DNA from: Felis catus | Lineage: Eukaryota | Length of the DNA stretch: 64,000 nucleotides | Direction of reading: 5' to 3' | Assembly: GCF_018350175.1 (NCBI RefSeq) | Contig: NC_058368.1 | Coordinates: forward strand, 147,996,001-148,060,000 | Part shown: one piece after another, positions 50,819-61,571 of the stretch | Position numbering within the stretch: position 1 is the stretch's first letter | How the letters are laid out: each line of letters starts with the position of its first letter | Made by a program: the position numbers and the translations under genes | Notes under the pieces: model-generated | Seen by the model: the letters and a program-made list of their open reading frames with translations, nothing else | What the model was told of the DNA's origin: nothing | Database searches by the model: none

Positions 50819-51672
50819 GAAAGAGAAAATATTTAAAATAATAAGTAACAATTTCCCTAAATTAATGACATATAAATCCACTCATCCAGGAAACTCAGAA
50901 AACACCAAGCAGGATACATGCCAAAAAACCGCACCTAAGTTTATCACTTCAGTCTATAAAAAAGCAAAGATAAAGAAAAAAAAAATTGAAAGAAGCCAGA
51001 GGGGGTAAAATTCTTACCTACTAAGTAGCAAAAGTAAGTATTAATTCAACTTCTCCTTTGAAAAAATGCAAGCGAGAAGTGAAGTGAAATATTTCAAGGG
51101 CTGAGAGAAAAAAAAAACAGCAAGCAACAAATCTGTATCTAAGAAATTGTTTTTTAAAAGTGAAGGATATATAAAGTTTTTCTCAGACAAATAAAAGTTA
51201 AGGGACTCTGTTGCCACCTGCCTCGAAGTAAACCTGATATGGTAAGAAAGGAGAGAAAATAGAATTATATACAATACTCCATTAAAACTAGAAAAGGCAT
51301 AAAAAGAGTAGAAAACAAAAATAGAAACAAATAAGAGCAACAAATAGAAAACAGTAACAAATATGGTAGATAGTGTTCCAACTTTATCGATAAACACTAA
51401 ATGTAATGATCTAATTGCATCAATGGAAAGACATTATCAGAGTGGATCAAAAAACAAGCTCCAGCTATAGGTAATCTATAAGAAACCCACTTCAAATATA
51501 AGACACATATGGACTAAAAGTAAGCAGATGGAGAAAGATAAGCCATGATAACACTAATTAAAAGAACGCAGGAGTAGCTATATTAATTTCAGATACAGAA
51601 AGGAAAGTTATCAGGAATAGAGTGTTACTATATAAGGGTAAAGGAGTCAATTCACCAAGAAAACACAATGAT

Positions 51673-51887
51673 TTTTTTTTTTACAATTTTTTGACATTTA
51701 TTCATTTTTGAGAGACAGGGTGCAAGCGGGGAAGGGGCAGAGAGAGAGGGAGACACAGAATCTGAAGCAGGCCCCAGGCTCTGAGCTGTCAGCATAGAGC
51801 CCAATGCGGGGCTCCAACTCACAAATCACGGTATCATAACCTGAGCTGAAGTCAGACGCTTAACTGACTCAGCCACCCAGGCACCCC
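51673..51887 (-). mobile_element. CanSINE nested in L1MC ORF2
   Basis: TSD 14/16 (aagaaaacacaatgat 51657-51672, aagaagacacagtgat 51888-51903). Confidence 0.96.
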
Positions 51888-52311
51888 AAGAAGACACAGT
51901 GATGTTTAATATCTATATGACTAACAACAGAGTGCCAAAACACATGAGGCAAAACTTATAGAACTGCAAGGAGAAATTGATAAACCCACTATTATAGCTG
52001 AGCACTTCAATCCCCACTCTCAGAAATGGACAGATCTAGCAGGCAGAAAACCATTAAAGACACAGATGAATTCAACAACAAAAACTGGATATAATGGACA
52101 ACTTAGAACTACTTCATCCAACAAAAGCAGAATACACATTCTCCTCAAGATCACATGAAACATTTACCAAGATAGACATCATTCTGGGACATAAAACACA
52201 CCTTGATATTCTTTAATATCATAGGTAAAACAAGGGTAATACTACCTATTCCATGGACATTCATGGAATATTAAGGGAATACAATGTAAAACTCTATGCC
52301 CACAAATTTAA

Positions 52312-52530
52312 ATTTTTTTTTTTCAACGTTTTTTTATTTATTTTTGGGACAGAGAGAGACAGAGCATGAACGGGGGAGGGGCAGAGAGAGAGGGAGACAC
52401 AGAATCGGAAACAGGCTCCAGGCCCTGAGCCGTCAGCCCAGAGCCCGACGTGGGGCTCGAACCCACGGACCGCGAGATCGTGACCTGGCTGAAGTCGGAC
52501 GCTTAACCGACTGCGCCACCCAGGCGCCCC
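52312..52530 (-). mobile_element. CanSINE, young SINEC_Fc type, nested in L1MC ORF2
   Basis: CpG-rich body; perfect 16-bp TSD atgcccacaaatttaa (52296-52311 and 52532-52547). Confidence 0.98.
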
Positions 52531-54541
52531 AATGCCCACAAATTTAATAATCTAATTGAAATAGAACAATTCCTTGAAAAATACAATTTACCAAAACTGA
52601 CACCGGAATAGACAGTATGATAGGCCTATATCTCTTTAAAAAAAAATGAATCAACAATTAACAACCTTCCAAAACAGAAAGCATCAGGCCCAAATGTGTT
52701 CAAGGTGAATTCTACAAACATTTAAAGAAGAAATTCTACCAATTCTCTACAATCTGTTTCAGAATACGGAAGTAGAGGAATATTTCCTAACTCATTCTAT
52801 TAGGCCACCCATACTGTAATATTAAAACCAGACATTACATTAATACTAAAAATAAACTACTACACACTGATACTTCTCATGACCATAGATGCAAAAATCC
52901 TCAAAATATTAGAAGATAAAATCCAGCAATGTATAAAAAATGTTTACACTATGAATGTATGAATGGTAGGATTTCTATCAACTATTCCAGGTTAGTTCAA
53001 TATTCAAAAATAAAATAATGTAATAAACATCATATCAACAGGCTAAAAAAGAAAAACAATCACATGATCATATCAAAAGATGCAGAAAAAAACATCTGAT
53101 AAAATCCAACACCCATTTATGATGTTAAACTAATAAACTAGGAATAGAAAGGAATTTTGTCAAAGAATATCTACAAAAAAACTGAAGATAACATCTTACT
53201 CAATAGTGAAAAGCTACAGGCCTTCCCACTACGATAAAGAACCAAGAAAGAATATCTCCTCTACCAATGCTTTTCAACATCATCCTGAAGTCCTAGCCAA
53301 TGCAATAAAACAAGAAAAAAATATACAGGTATATAGATCAGGAAGAAATAAAACTGTATTAGTTCACAGATGGCATGAGGTCTATCTACTGTAGAAAATC
53401 TGAAATGATCAAGAACAACAAAAACTTCTAGAACTGATAATAAGTGATGTTAACAAGGATTCAGGATACAAGCTTAATATACAAAAGCCTACTGCTTTCC
53501 TATATACCAACAATAATCAAATGTAATCTGAAATTAAAAACATAATATCATTTATACTGGTATTCTAGAAGTGAAATACTTAGATATAAATTTAACAAAA
53601 TGTGTACAGTTCTTTATTAGAAAACACCACAAAATTCTGATGAAAGATACCAGAGATAAAGAAAAAAAAATACTCTCTCTCCATAGATAGGAAGACTCAA
53701 TATTGTCAAGGCATCAGTTCTTCCCAATTTGATTTACAGATTCAGTGTATTAACAATCAAAATTCCAGCAGGCTACTTTGCAAATATCAACATATTTATT
53801 CTAAAGAGTATAAGAAGAGGTAAAAAAAACCTAGAGTAAAAGACAGAGAATAGCAAAGTTAACACTTAAAAAGAAAAAAGAGTACTAATATTGACCAACT
53901 TCAAGACTTAAAATGTTACAGTATGCTATCCTTCAGTAAGTGAAAGGACAAATAAACTGTTATATCCAGTACATCCAGAAAATAAAGTATTATTCAGCCC
54001 TAAAAAAAAGAGCTATCAAGCTATGAAACTTCAGGAAAGCCTTAAATGCATATTACTAAGTGAAAGAAGGCATTCTGAAAAGTCATACTGTGTGACTCAA
54101 ACTATATTCCATTCTAGAAAAGGCAAGGAATAGAGACAGTGAAAAAACCAAAACACAAAACAGGGATTGCTGTAATGTGGGGGATAGTGAAGGATGAACT
54201 GGTGGACCAATGAGGATCTTTAGGGCAGTGAAACTACACTGTATTATATTATAATGGTGAATAAATGTCTTTATATGTTTGTCCAAATCCATACAAGAGA
54301 ACATTAAAGTGAATCCTAATGTAAAATATGACTTTTGAGTAAAAATGATGTGTCAACATAGGTTCATCAATTGTAACAAATGTACCAATCAGATGAGGGG
54401 ATATGATAATAGAAAGGTTATGCATGAGTAAAGTGAGGGGCATATGGGAAATCTCTGTTCTTTTCTCTTAATTTTATTATGAACCTAAATCTGCTCTAAA
54501 AAAATAGACTATTAAAAAAATAATAAAACTTTCTGCATTCA

Positions 54542-54779
54542 GGGACACCTGGGTGGCTCAGTTGGTTAAGCATCTGAGTCTTGATATCATTCAGCTCAGG
54601 TCATGAACTCACACTTCATGGGTTCAAGCCATGGGTTCAAGCATGTTGGATTTGCAATGACTTCACTTGCACTGACTTCGATAAGCCTGCCTGGAATTCT
54701 CTCTCTCCCTCTCTCTCTGTCCCCTCCTCCATTTGTATTTTATCTCTCTCTCTCAAAATAAATAAATATATTTTTTTAA
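54542..54779 (+). mobile_element. CanSINE with internal tandem duplications
   Basis: SINE head and tail; TSD 9/10 (tctgcattca, tctgtattca); catgggttcaagc twice at 54617-54642. Confidence 0.92.
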
Positions 54780-57077
54780 TCTGTATTCAAAATATGATTT
54801 ATAAGAATTAAATATTTTTTAAAAATAACTAATAAGCAAGGGTAATTTATATTTTAATTCTTAATAAGAAATGCAATATAGTTGTCTTTCCGGCTACATT
54901 GAACATAGTCATTTTTCAGTATAAAAACAACCTCTGAAAATCATAATTTTTAAAATATTTTTTTTTAGGAATTGAAAATCATAAGCCATTACACATGGCA
55001 ACACACCTTTTTATTAGAACGTCCAAAGGTTAAGGCTAATCATGGCATTGGTGTTGACCACAAAGGATTTATACACAAAGAATATTAAATGTTTTCCTTC
55101 CCTGAGCAAAGAGAATTTTAACAGTTCTTAATTTGCTTTGTAAAAGCTACTGGTGACTGTGCCTTCATGCCAAGCTGCAGTGATAGTGATAAATGGTGTT
55201 GATGCCTTAGGGTGATACCTAACTAAATTAGCTGGTAAAGCTAAAACTGTGCTAATTTTCAATTTTTAATACTGTGTAGTAGTGATGGCTGTTCAGCCAC
55301 CATTCAATTGGCTTTGCTTACTCTGTGATTTGTTTATAAGGAATTAATGAAAATTTAGAAATGTATAAAAAGGGAGAAATGTGCTTTAACTATAAATACT
55401 GAGAATAAAATATGCTAACAGAAGCCCATGGAGCCTTAGGAATGTTAAAACAATTCCATTTAAAAGCTTTTACTCCTTTTTTTTAAATTTTATTTTATTA
55501 TAATTACTAAGATACAAAACTTGAGAATATAGAATCTCAAACTTGTGATGAAATATTATGAAATTATAAAGCTTGGAGATGTGAAGTATGCAAAAACATT
55601 CAGAAACAAACTGATAATGATATTCTTCTTAACTTTATCTTTTAGACTTACTCCTTTTCTGTACTCTTTCTTTTCAGGCTGCTACTAGGTGAATAACTAT
55701 GGTTATGTTATTATTAACCATTTTTATGGTGCAGTATGTGTTTTTTAAAAAATTAAAAGGTAGCAATAATTATCCCCTTCATATCTGTGTTTACTTACTG
55801 TATTATCTACAAAAATAGAAAAGTAGAGGAATAAACTGCAAAGGATAAAAGTATAATTTGAAAACGAAATCTCAGTATATAACTATGAGGCAGAGATAAT
55901 TACAGGCTGTAAGTTGTTCAAAAATTGTTAAACTGCACAGAATTCATACCAATAAGGAAGCATCATTATCTGTTCATTTATAAGCACATTTACAAAAGGC
56001 AAAAAAAAGCAAAAAGTTAGAAGAGGTAAGACTGTACAGAACTGGCACCCACAGACCATTAAGCAATATTTCAGGTCAAAGTGCTCTCCTACAAAATCTT
56101 TTTAAAATCCAAGGGAACATTAGAATGTGAGCTCTTTTCATCTTAAACCCAAATTTGTGCTTACTGCTTGCTGCTACATTTAAGAAGAGTTTTTTGGTTT
56201 TGTTTGTTTTGATGGCCTGGAGGGCAGTTTTGCTCACAGAAATGATTACTAGGGTTTATTCAGTTTAAATAATTTCCAATTTACTGAAGTTACAAATCTT
56301 AAAGTCTAGATGTACAAAACTTATTCTGGATAATTAGAGCTATAAAATTTAAAAGGTAAAAAATTACCTTTTGTAGCCTTTGCAAATGTTTGAGATTATA
56401 AAACTCATATACTTTCAACTATTTTCAACAATCTTTATATATTTAAAATATTTAATATCCTTTTTTAATATTTCTATTATATCCTCAGCTATTTAATCTG
56501 GTAAGTTTTATAAACTAAACTTGTACATATGATAAAAGTTGAGGTCTCTTAAATGTATCTGTATGATGCATTAATTAGTAAGTTTCTACACAAAAAGTAA
56601 ACCTATAAGATTACTCCAAGATGTTGCCTGTTCGTTTTCTATCTTATTTCTCTGAGTATCCTAAATGGATTTACAAAAATTCTTTTTCTTTAATTTTTAT
56701 CTCGAGGGATATTCTTTGTTCATTATTAATAAAACTCCTGTGAATATTTCGGGACACTCATTACTCCTGAGTATTAAATGAAAGAATAGTCACAAAAGAG
56801 TATATACTGTTACAATTTTTCAAAGTTAAAATTACTGAAGATACAAGGTTAACGCAACAATATTAACAGAGAGTTGTGACTCTTTTAAACATTTCTATAT
56901 TTATATATCTTTCTGGGATGGAAAGATGTTAGCCTCTTAAGATAATAATTTGAACATTTCAAGCAATTTGGGCTTGGTGGATACAAACTGAGGTTACCTA
57001 AAAATCTATGCTGCTGCCAAGATTCTTTAGGCTATTCTGATTGGATAGCTGAATAGTATTTTTTTCATTCTATTATT

Positions 57078-57298
57078 TTTTTAAAAAAAAATTTTTTTTC
57101 AACGTTTATTTTTGGGACAGAGTGAGACAGAGCATGAACGGGGGAGGGGCAGAGAGAGAGGGAGACACAGAATCGGAAACAGGCTCCAGGCTCTGAGCCA
57201 TCAGCCCAGAGCCTGACGCGGGGCTCGAACTCACGGACCGCGAGATCATGACCTGGCTGAAGTTGGACGCTTAACCGACTGCGCCACCCAGGCGCCCC
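57078..57298 (-). mobile_element. CanSINE, young SINEC_Fc type
   Basis: Near-consensus antisense copy; 9-bp TSD tctattatt (57069-57077 and 57300-57308). Confidence 0.97.
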
Positions 57299-57781
57299 AT
57301 CTATTATTGACAGTAACGCAACAGAGATGGTTCTGTAGTCCAAAAGTCTTATATTCAAGTTATACTTACCCAATTCCTCATTCCCCAAATGGAATCTGTA
57401 ACACTAACCTAGTTTTCTATATGATTTCATTAAATTTCTAATTCACTTGGTCCTTAGATATGTTAATACTTTCCTTGTTTAATTCTAGGGGTCTATGGAT
57501 TTGTCAAAACCTTGAAGTTCTTTCATATGAGTCCCATTTCTTAAGATCATATAATTTTTATAAATAGTATCATTTCCTCATTTCTGATAACTGTATCTCT
57601 CCCATTGCATTTTTTTTTTTTTTTGGTTGTTGTTGTTACAATTCCCTAGGTGTATTTACTCATACTTACATTTCATTTTTTTAAATTAAAATATATTTTA
57701 TAACCTACTTCTAATAAAATAATAAATAACACTTCTTCTCAAAAAATATATTTAGGCTCCATTTAAAACTTAATTCATTAC

Positions 57782-57885
57782 TTTCAGATTCCGTGTCTCC
57801 CTCTCTCTCTGACCCTCCCTCGTTCATGCTCTGTCTCTCTGTCTCAAAAATAAATAAACATTAAAACAAAATAAAAATAATAAAA
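57782..57885 (+). mobile_element. 5'-truncated CanSINE (3' half only)
   Basis: tttcagattccgtgtctccctctctctctgaccctcc...aaaaataaataaacattaaaa; starts right after the left TSD copy at 57765-57781. Confidence 0.93.
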
Positions 57886-58102
57886 GGGGGGGGCAACTGG
57901 GTGGCTCAGTCGGTTAAGCGTCCGACTTCGGCTCCGGTCATGATCTCGCAGTCTGTGAGTTAGAGCCCCGCGTCGGGTTCTGTGCTGACAGCTTGGAGCC
58001 TGGAGCCCGTTTCAGATTCTGTGACTCCCTTTCTCTCTGACCCTCCTCTGTTCATGGTCTGTCTGTCTCTATCTTAAAAATAAATAAATGTTAAAATAAT
58101 TC
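57886..58102 (+). mobile_element. CanSINE, full length (second unit of the plus-strand doublet)
   Basis: G8 head, tggctcagtcgg A box, body and tail; followed by the right TSD copy at 58103-58119. Confidence 0.96.
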
Positions 58103-58171
58103 AAAACTTAATTCATTACCATGCTAAAAATTAAAAATAGTACTACCGTCTTTTTTTAATTTAATTACTTT

Positions 58172-58402
58172 TTAAATTTTTTATTTAAAAACAATTTTTT
58201 AAAATTTATTCATTTTTTTGAGAGACAGAGAGAGAGAGAGTGTGAGCAGGGGAAGGATAGAAAGGGAGACACAGAATCTAAAGCAGCTCCAGGCTCCAAG
58301 CTGTCAGCACAGAGCCCAATACAGGGCTCAAACCCAGAAACAGTGAGATCATGACTTGAGCAGAAGCCGGATGCTTAACTGACTGAGCTACCCAGGCGCC
58401 CC
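58172..58402 (-). mobile_element. CanSINE (downstream unit of the minus-strand doublet)
   Basis: Antisense SINE ending cccaggcgcccc at 58402. Confidence 0.95.
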
Positions 58403-58611
58403 AATTTTTTTTAATGTTTATTCATTTTTGAGAGAGAGAGAGAGCATGAGTGAGGGAGAAGCACAGAGACTGGGAGACACAGAATCCAAAGCAGGCTCCA
58501 GGCTCTGGGCTGTCAGCACAGAGCCCGATGCAGGACTCAAACTCAGGAGCCATGAGATCATGACCTGAGCTGAAGTCCTTGGCTTAACTGACTGAGCCAC
58601 CCAATCGCCCC
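58403..58611 (-). mobile_element. CanSINE (upstream unit of the minus-strand doublet)
   Basis: Antisense SINE; outer perfect 14-bp TSD aatttaattacttt (58158-58171 and 58614-58627). Confidence 0.95.
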
Positions 58612-60024
58612 TAAATTTAATTACTTTGAATAACTTCACAAGGCTGTCTTTGAGTTACTGGCCTATATCCAAAGATCCATAGTACAGGGTTTTATAAAGA
58701 TTAAAGGAAATCATGTCTGTTAAGAGTTCAGAACAATGATTAGTACCTGTAAGGGCTCTGTAAAATTAGGTGCTTTTATTTAAGATGCTATTGCTGAGGT
58801 CCTAAAAAAATGATTGTTTACTTGCTATTTTACTTTTCTTCTGCATTCGACAACTACAGTCCAAACTTCCCAAAATAACTTTTTTAAAACTGTAATTCAA
58901 TTTATTTAGAGGTCAGAAACAGGCAAAACTAAATTATACAAAGAAAACAAAGAGAAATGATTAACAAATTTAGAGGAACTCTTTCGTAAGGGCACATTCC
59001 TTCCAAGGAAGCAGGATTCAAAAGACTTTATTTTCCACCTAGAGGGTGGAAAGTGCAGCCAGGCTGCACTTGCTTTTGGATTTGTTGTCACTGTTTGCAC
59101 TAGGATACACAGGTAGATTTAAAAGAAATCCCACATAGAAAGAGCCCAAACTAAATACGTGTGTTCAATTAAAAACATTTAACTTCTGACCATTTATATG
59201 AGATGAAAAATCCCTGAGGATGCTGGAAACTGGCAATAGCTTCATGGATATAGTCACCTATTATACAAGTCACATAACGGATATAAAGGTGGTTTTAAAA
59301 TTAATAAATGTCTATGCTGCAGGGCCTAAATGAGACAAACTGCAAATGAACTATGCACACATCCTTTTCCTCTTTAATAATTCCAAAATGAATATTATAA
59401 TTTTACTTTAATTTTACCATTAATATGAACACATCATAGCATGCTTTTGGATGTAAAAAGTTAAAATTAAAACTGAAAAGAATAATTTCATCAAAAAAGT
59501 TTTCCAAAATGCAATATCAATTAGGTACAGTATGTATCGTGAACTCTTCAGATTTTCATATTAAAGGTGAATAGGATATAAAGAGAATAAAAATGTAAAC
59601 ACAACAATAATTATTGTGTTATAATTATCAGCATGCCCAAGGCTTGGCTCTCAGAACTCATGTCTTCTCTATTCCCAGCGAGACCCTCCTCTGGAGTACA
59701 AACTTGTATATTCTAATACGCATTCTAGAATTCTACCTGGGAAGTGGTCTAACTAATAATCAATGGTTGCTACTTCCCTGCCATGTGTAATTAATTTTGA
59801 ATGTACTTCTTCTGATTGTAGTACTGAATTTTAAATCAACATAAACTAGCCATATGAAAGTGTGTATAAACATGTTTTAAATTTTATAATGATGTATGTC
59901 ATGCAATAATATATCAAGAAATTTGTAGTGATCCTGCCTTGGGTATTAATAAAATAAATGTGATACTGTGAAAACATCCTAACCCATTCATTAATTTTGG
60001 TCCACTACATTAAGAAAGTATGTC

Positions 60025-60216
60025 ATTTATTTCTTTATTTTGAAAGAGGGAGACAGCAGGGAAGGGGGAGAGAGGGAGAGAGAAAAAAAAATCAAGCAGG
60101 TTCTGCGTCATCAGCATGGAGCCCAACACAGGGCTCAATCCCCTGAACCATGAGATCATAATCTGAGCTGAGATCAACAGTTGGATACTGAATCGACTGA
60201 GCCACCCAGGTGCCCC
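60025..60216 (-). mobile_element. CanSINE (older, diverged)
   Basis: ccatgagatcataatctgagctgagatcaacagttggatactgaatcgactgagccacccaggtgcccc; TSD not clear. Confidence 0.9.
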
Positions 60217-60923
60217 TATGAAAACTAGATTCTAAATAAATCTTTGAGTTTAGCCTTATGAAGTATGTGATCTCTAATGGCTATACATTTACTGACAAAG
60301 CTCCTTACCTCAAGCCACACTGTTATACAGAGAAGTTATAACCTCAAGTGCATAAGTATGATTACCAACATGCAAATGCTATTAATAACATAGTACATGT
60401 TGAATAGTCCTTTGAAATTGAACATCATTGGTTCCAGGGAATTTTTGAAATTTTTAAGGAAATTCTATTGTACACTGGATCTTAAAAAAATGAAATATGT
60501 ATGTATAAAGGCGTAAGTATTTCACTTACAAAATATGTTATCAAAGACCTATCTCAACTGCATGTAACAATACGAAATACAGACAATTACAAATTAAATC
60601 CCGACATTTAGAATGTTAACAATAGTTCCAGGTGTTTAAATGCCTCAATCACTTTTCTCTGTTCTTTGATATTTGTTGCATGAAGCCTACCTGTCAAGGC
60701 ATCTTGACCATTTATTAATGCACACAAAAATCTTAAAAAAGAGAGAGAGAGAGAGAGAGAGAGACAAAAAGTGTTTCATCATGCTGCACTATGCTTCTGC
60801 TTCTGCCTCTCCATCAAGTTTTACCAAACTCACATTTTCCAGTTATCCCTGTTTCATTTGGCTTTTTTATCTGATAAGTAAAAAAAAAAAAAAAAGAAAG
60901 AAAGTATGTCATTAGGTTACAGT

Positions 60924-60996
60924 TGTGTGTGTGTGTATGTATTTCCATCTTGAAGGGGATAGATAGATAGATAGATAGATAGATATAGATATATAT

Positions 60997-61027
<31 letters not shown>

Positions 61028-61224
61028 CATACATATATATACATATATACATACATATATATGTATGTATATATGTATATATATACATATATATACACAC
61101 ACATATATATATCCATCTTGAAGGAATATATAGGTGTGTGTATGTATTTATGTATGTATATATATGTGTGTGTATGTATATATATACATACATACACCTA
61201 CATATACCCTTCAAGATGGAAATA
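60924..61224. repeat. Complex GT/TAGA/CA/TA microsatellite with three copies of a unique tccatcttgaagg motif (two direct, one inverted)
   Basis: Motif copies at 60940-60957 (+), 61112-61124 (+) and 61207-61224 (-). Confidence 0.9.
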
Positions 61225-61571
61225 TATTTCCCAAATATCCAAATTTCTTAAATGACATTTATTTCTGACAGTAATATAATTCTAAAACAAGCGTTCACTC
61301 AGGTCAGCCTGCTTCTTCACAGAAATACATAATACACCTTTATTTATCATAAACTAAACTCTCTTAATATTTGTAAGCTTCTCTAGAAACTTTTGCCATT
61401 AAGTTTTGACAATATAGGGGAAATAAAATAAGTTGGAAAGATGCAAACTCCCCCATCTATAGATTTTAAAAATATGATGGCCAATTATGATTAAGAATAA
61501 TATTTGTTAAATTTAACAAATTTTTCCAGTTTTTCTGTATTTCTTCTTTTGATATGCATCACATTTATGTA

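Larger units (their letters stand above)
49700..54520 (+). mobile_element. Ancient L1MC1-like LINE-1, near full span with internal deletions
   Basis: 5' region; ORF1 remnants (catccaggaaactcagaaaacaccaagcagg); ORF2 remnants (aggagtagctatattaatttcaga; gatgcagaaaaaaacatctgataaaatccaacacccatttatg); L1MC-type 3'UTR ending gaacctaaatctgctctaaaaaaatagactattaaaaaaa. Confidence 0.85.

Noticed and set aside
55650..55695. Strong + strand acceptor ttttctgtactctttcttttcag followed by 11 nt and gtgaat
   Set aside because: An 11-nt exon is not frame-preserving and has no supporting context; likely chance in pyrimidine-rich DNA.
60814..61255. Long Y/I/C/V-rich ORFs (also 50568-50797)
   Set aside because: Translations of dinucleotide microsatellites.
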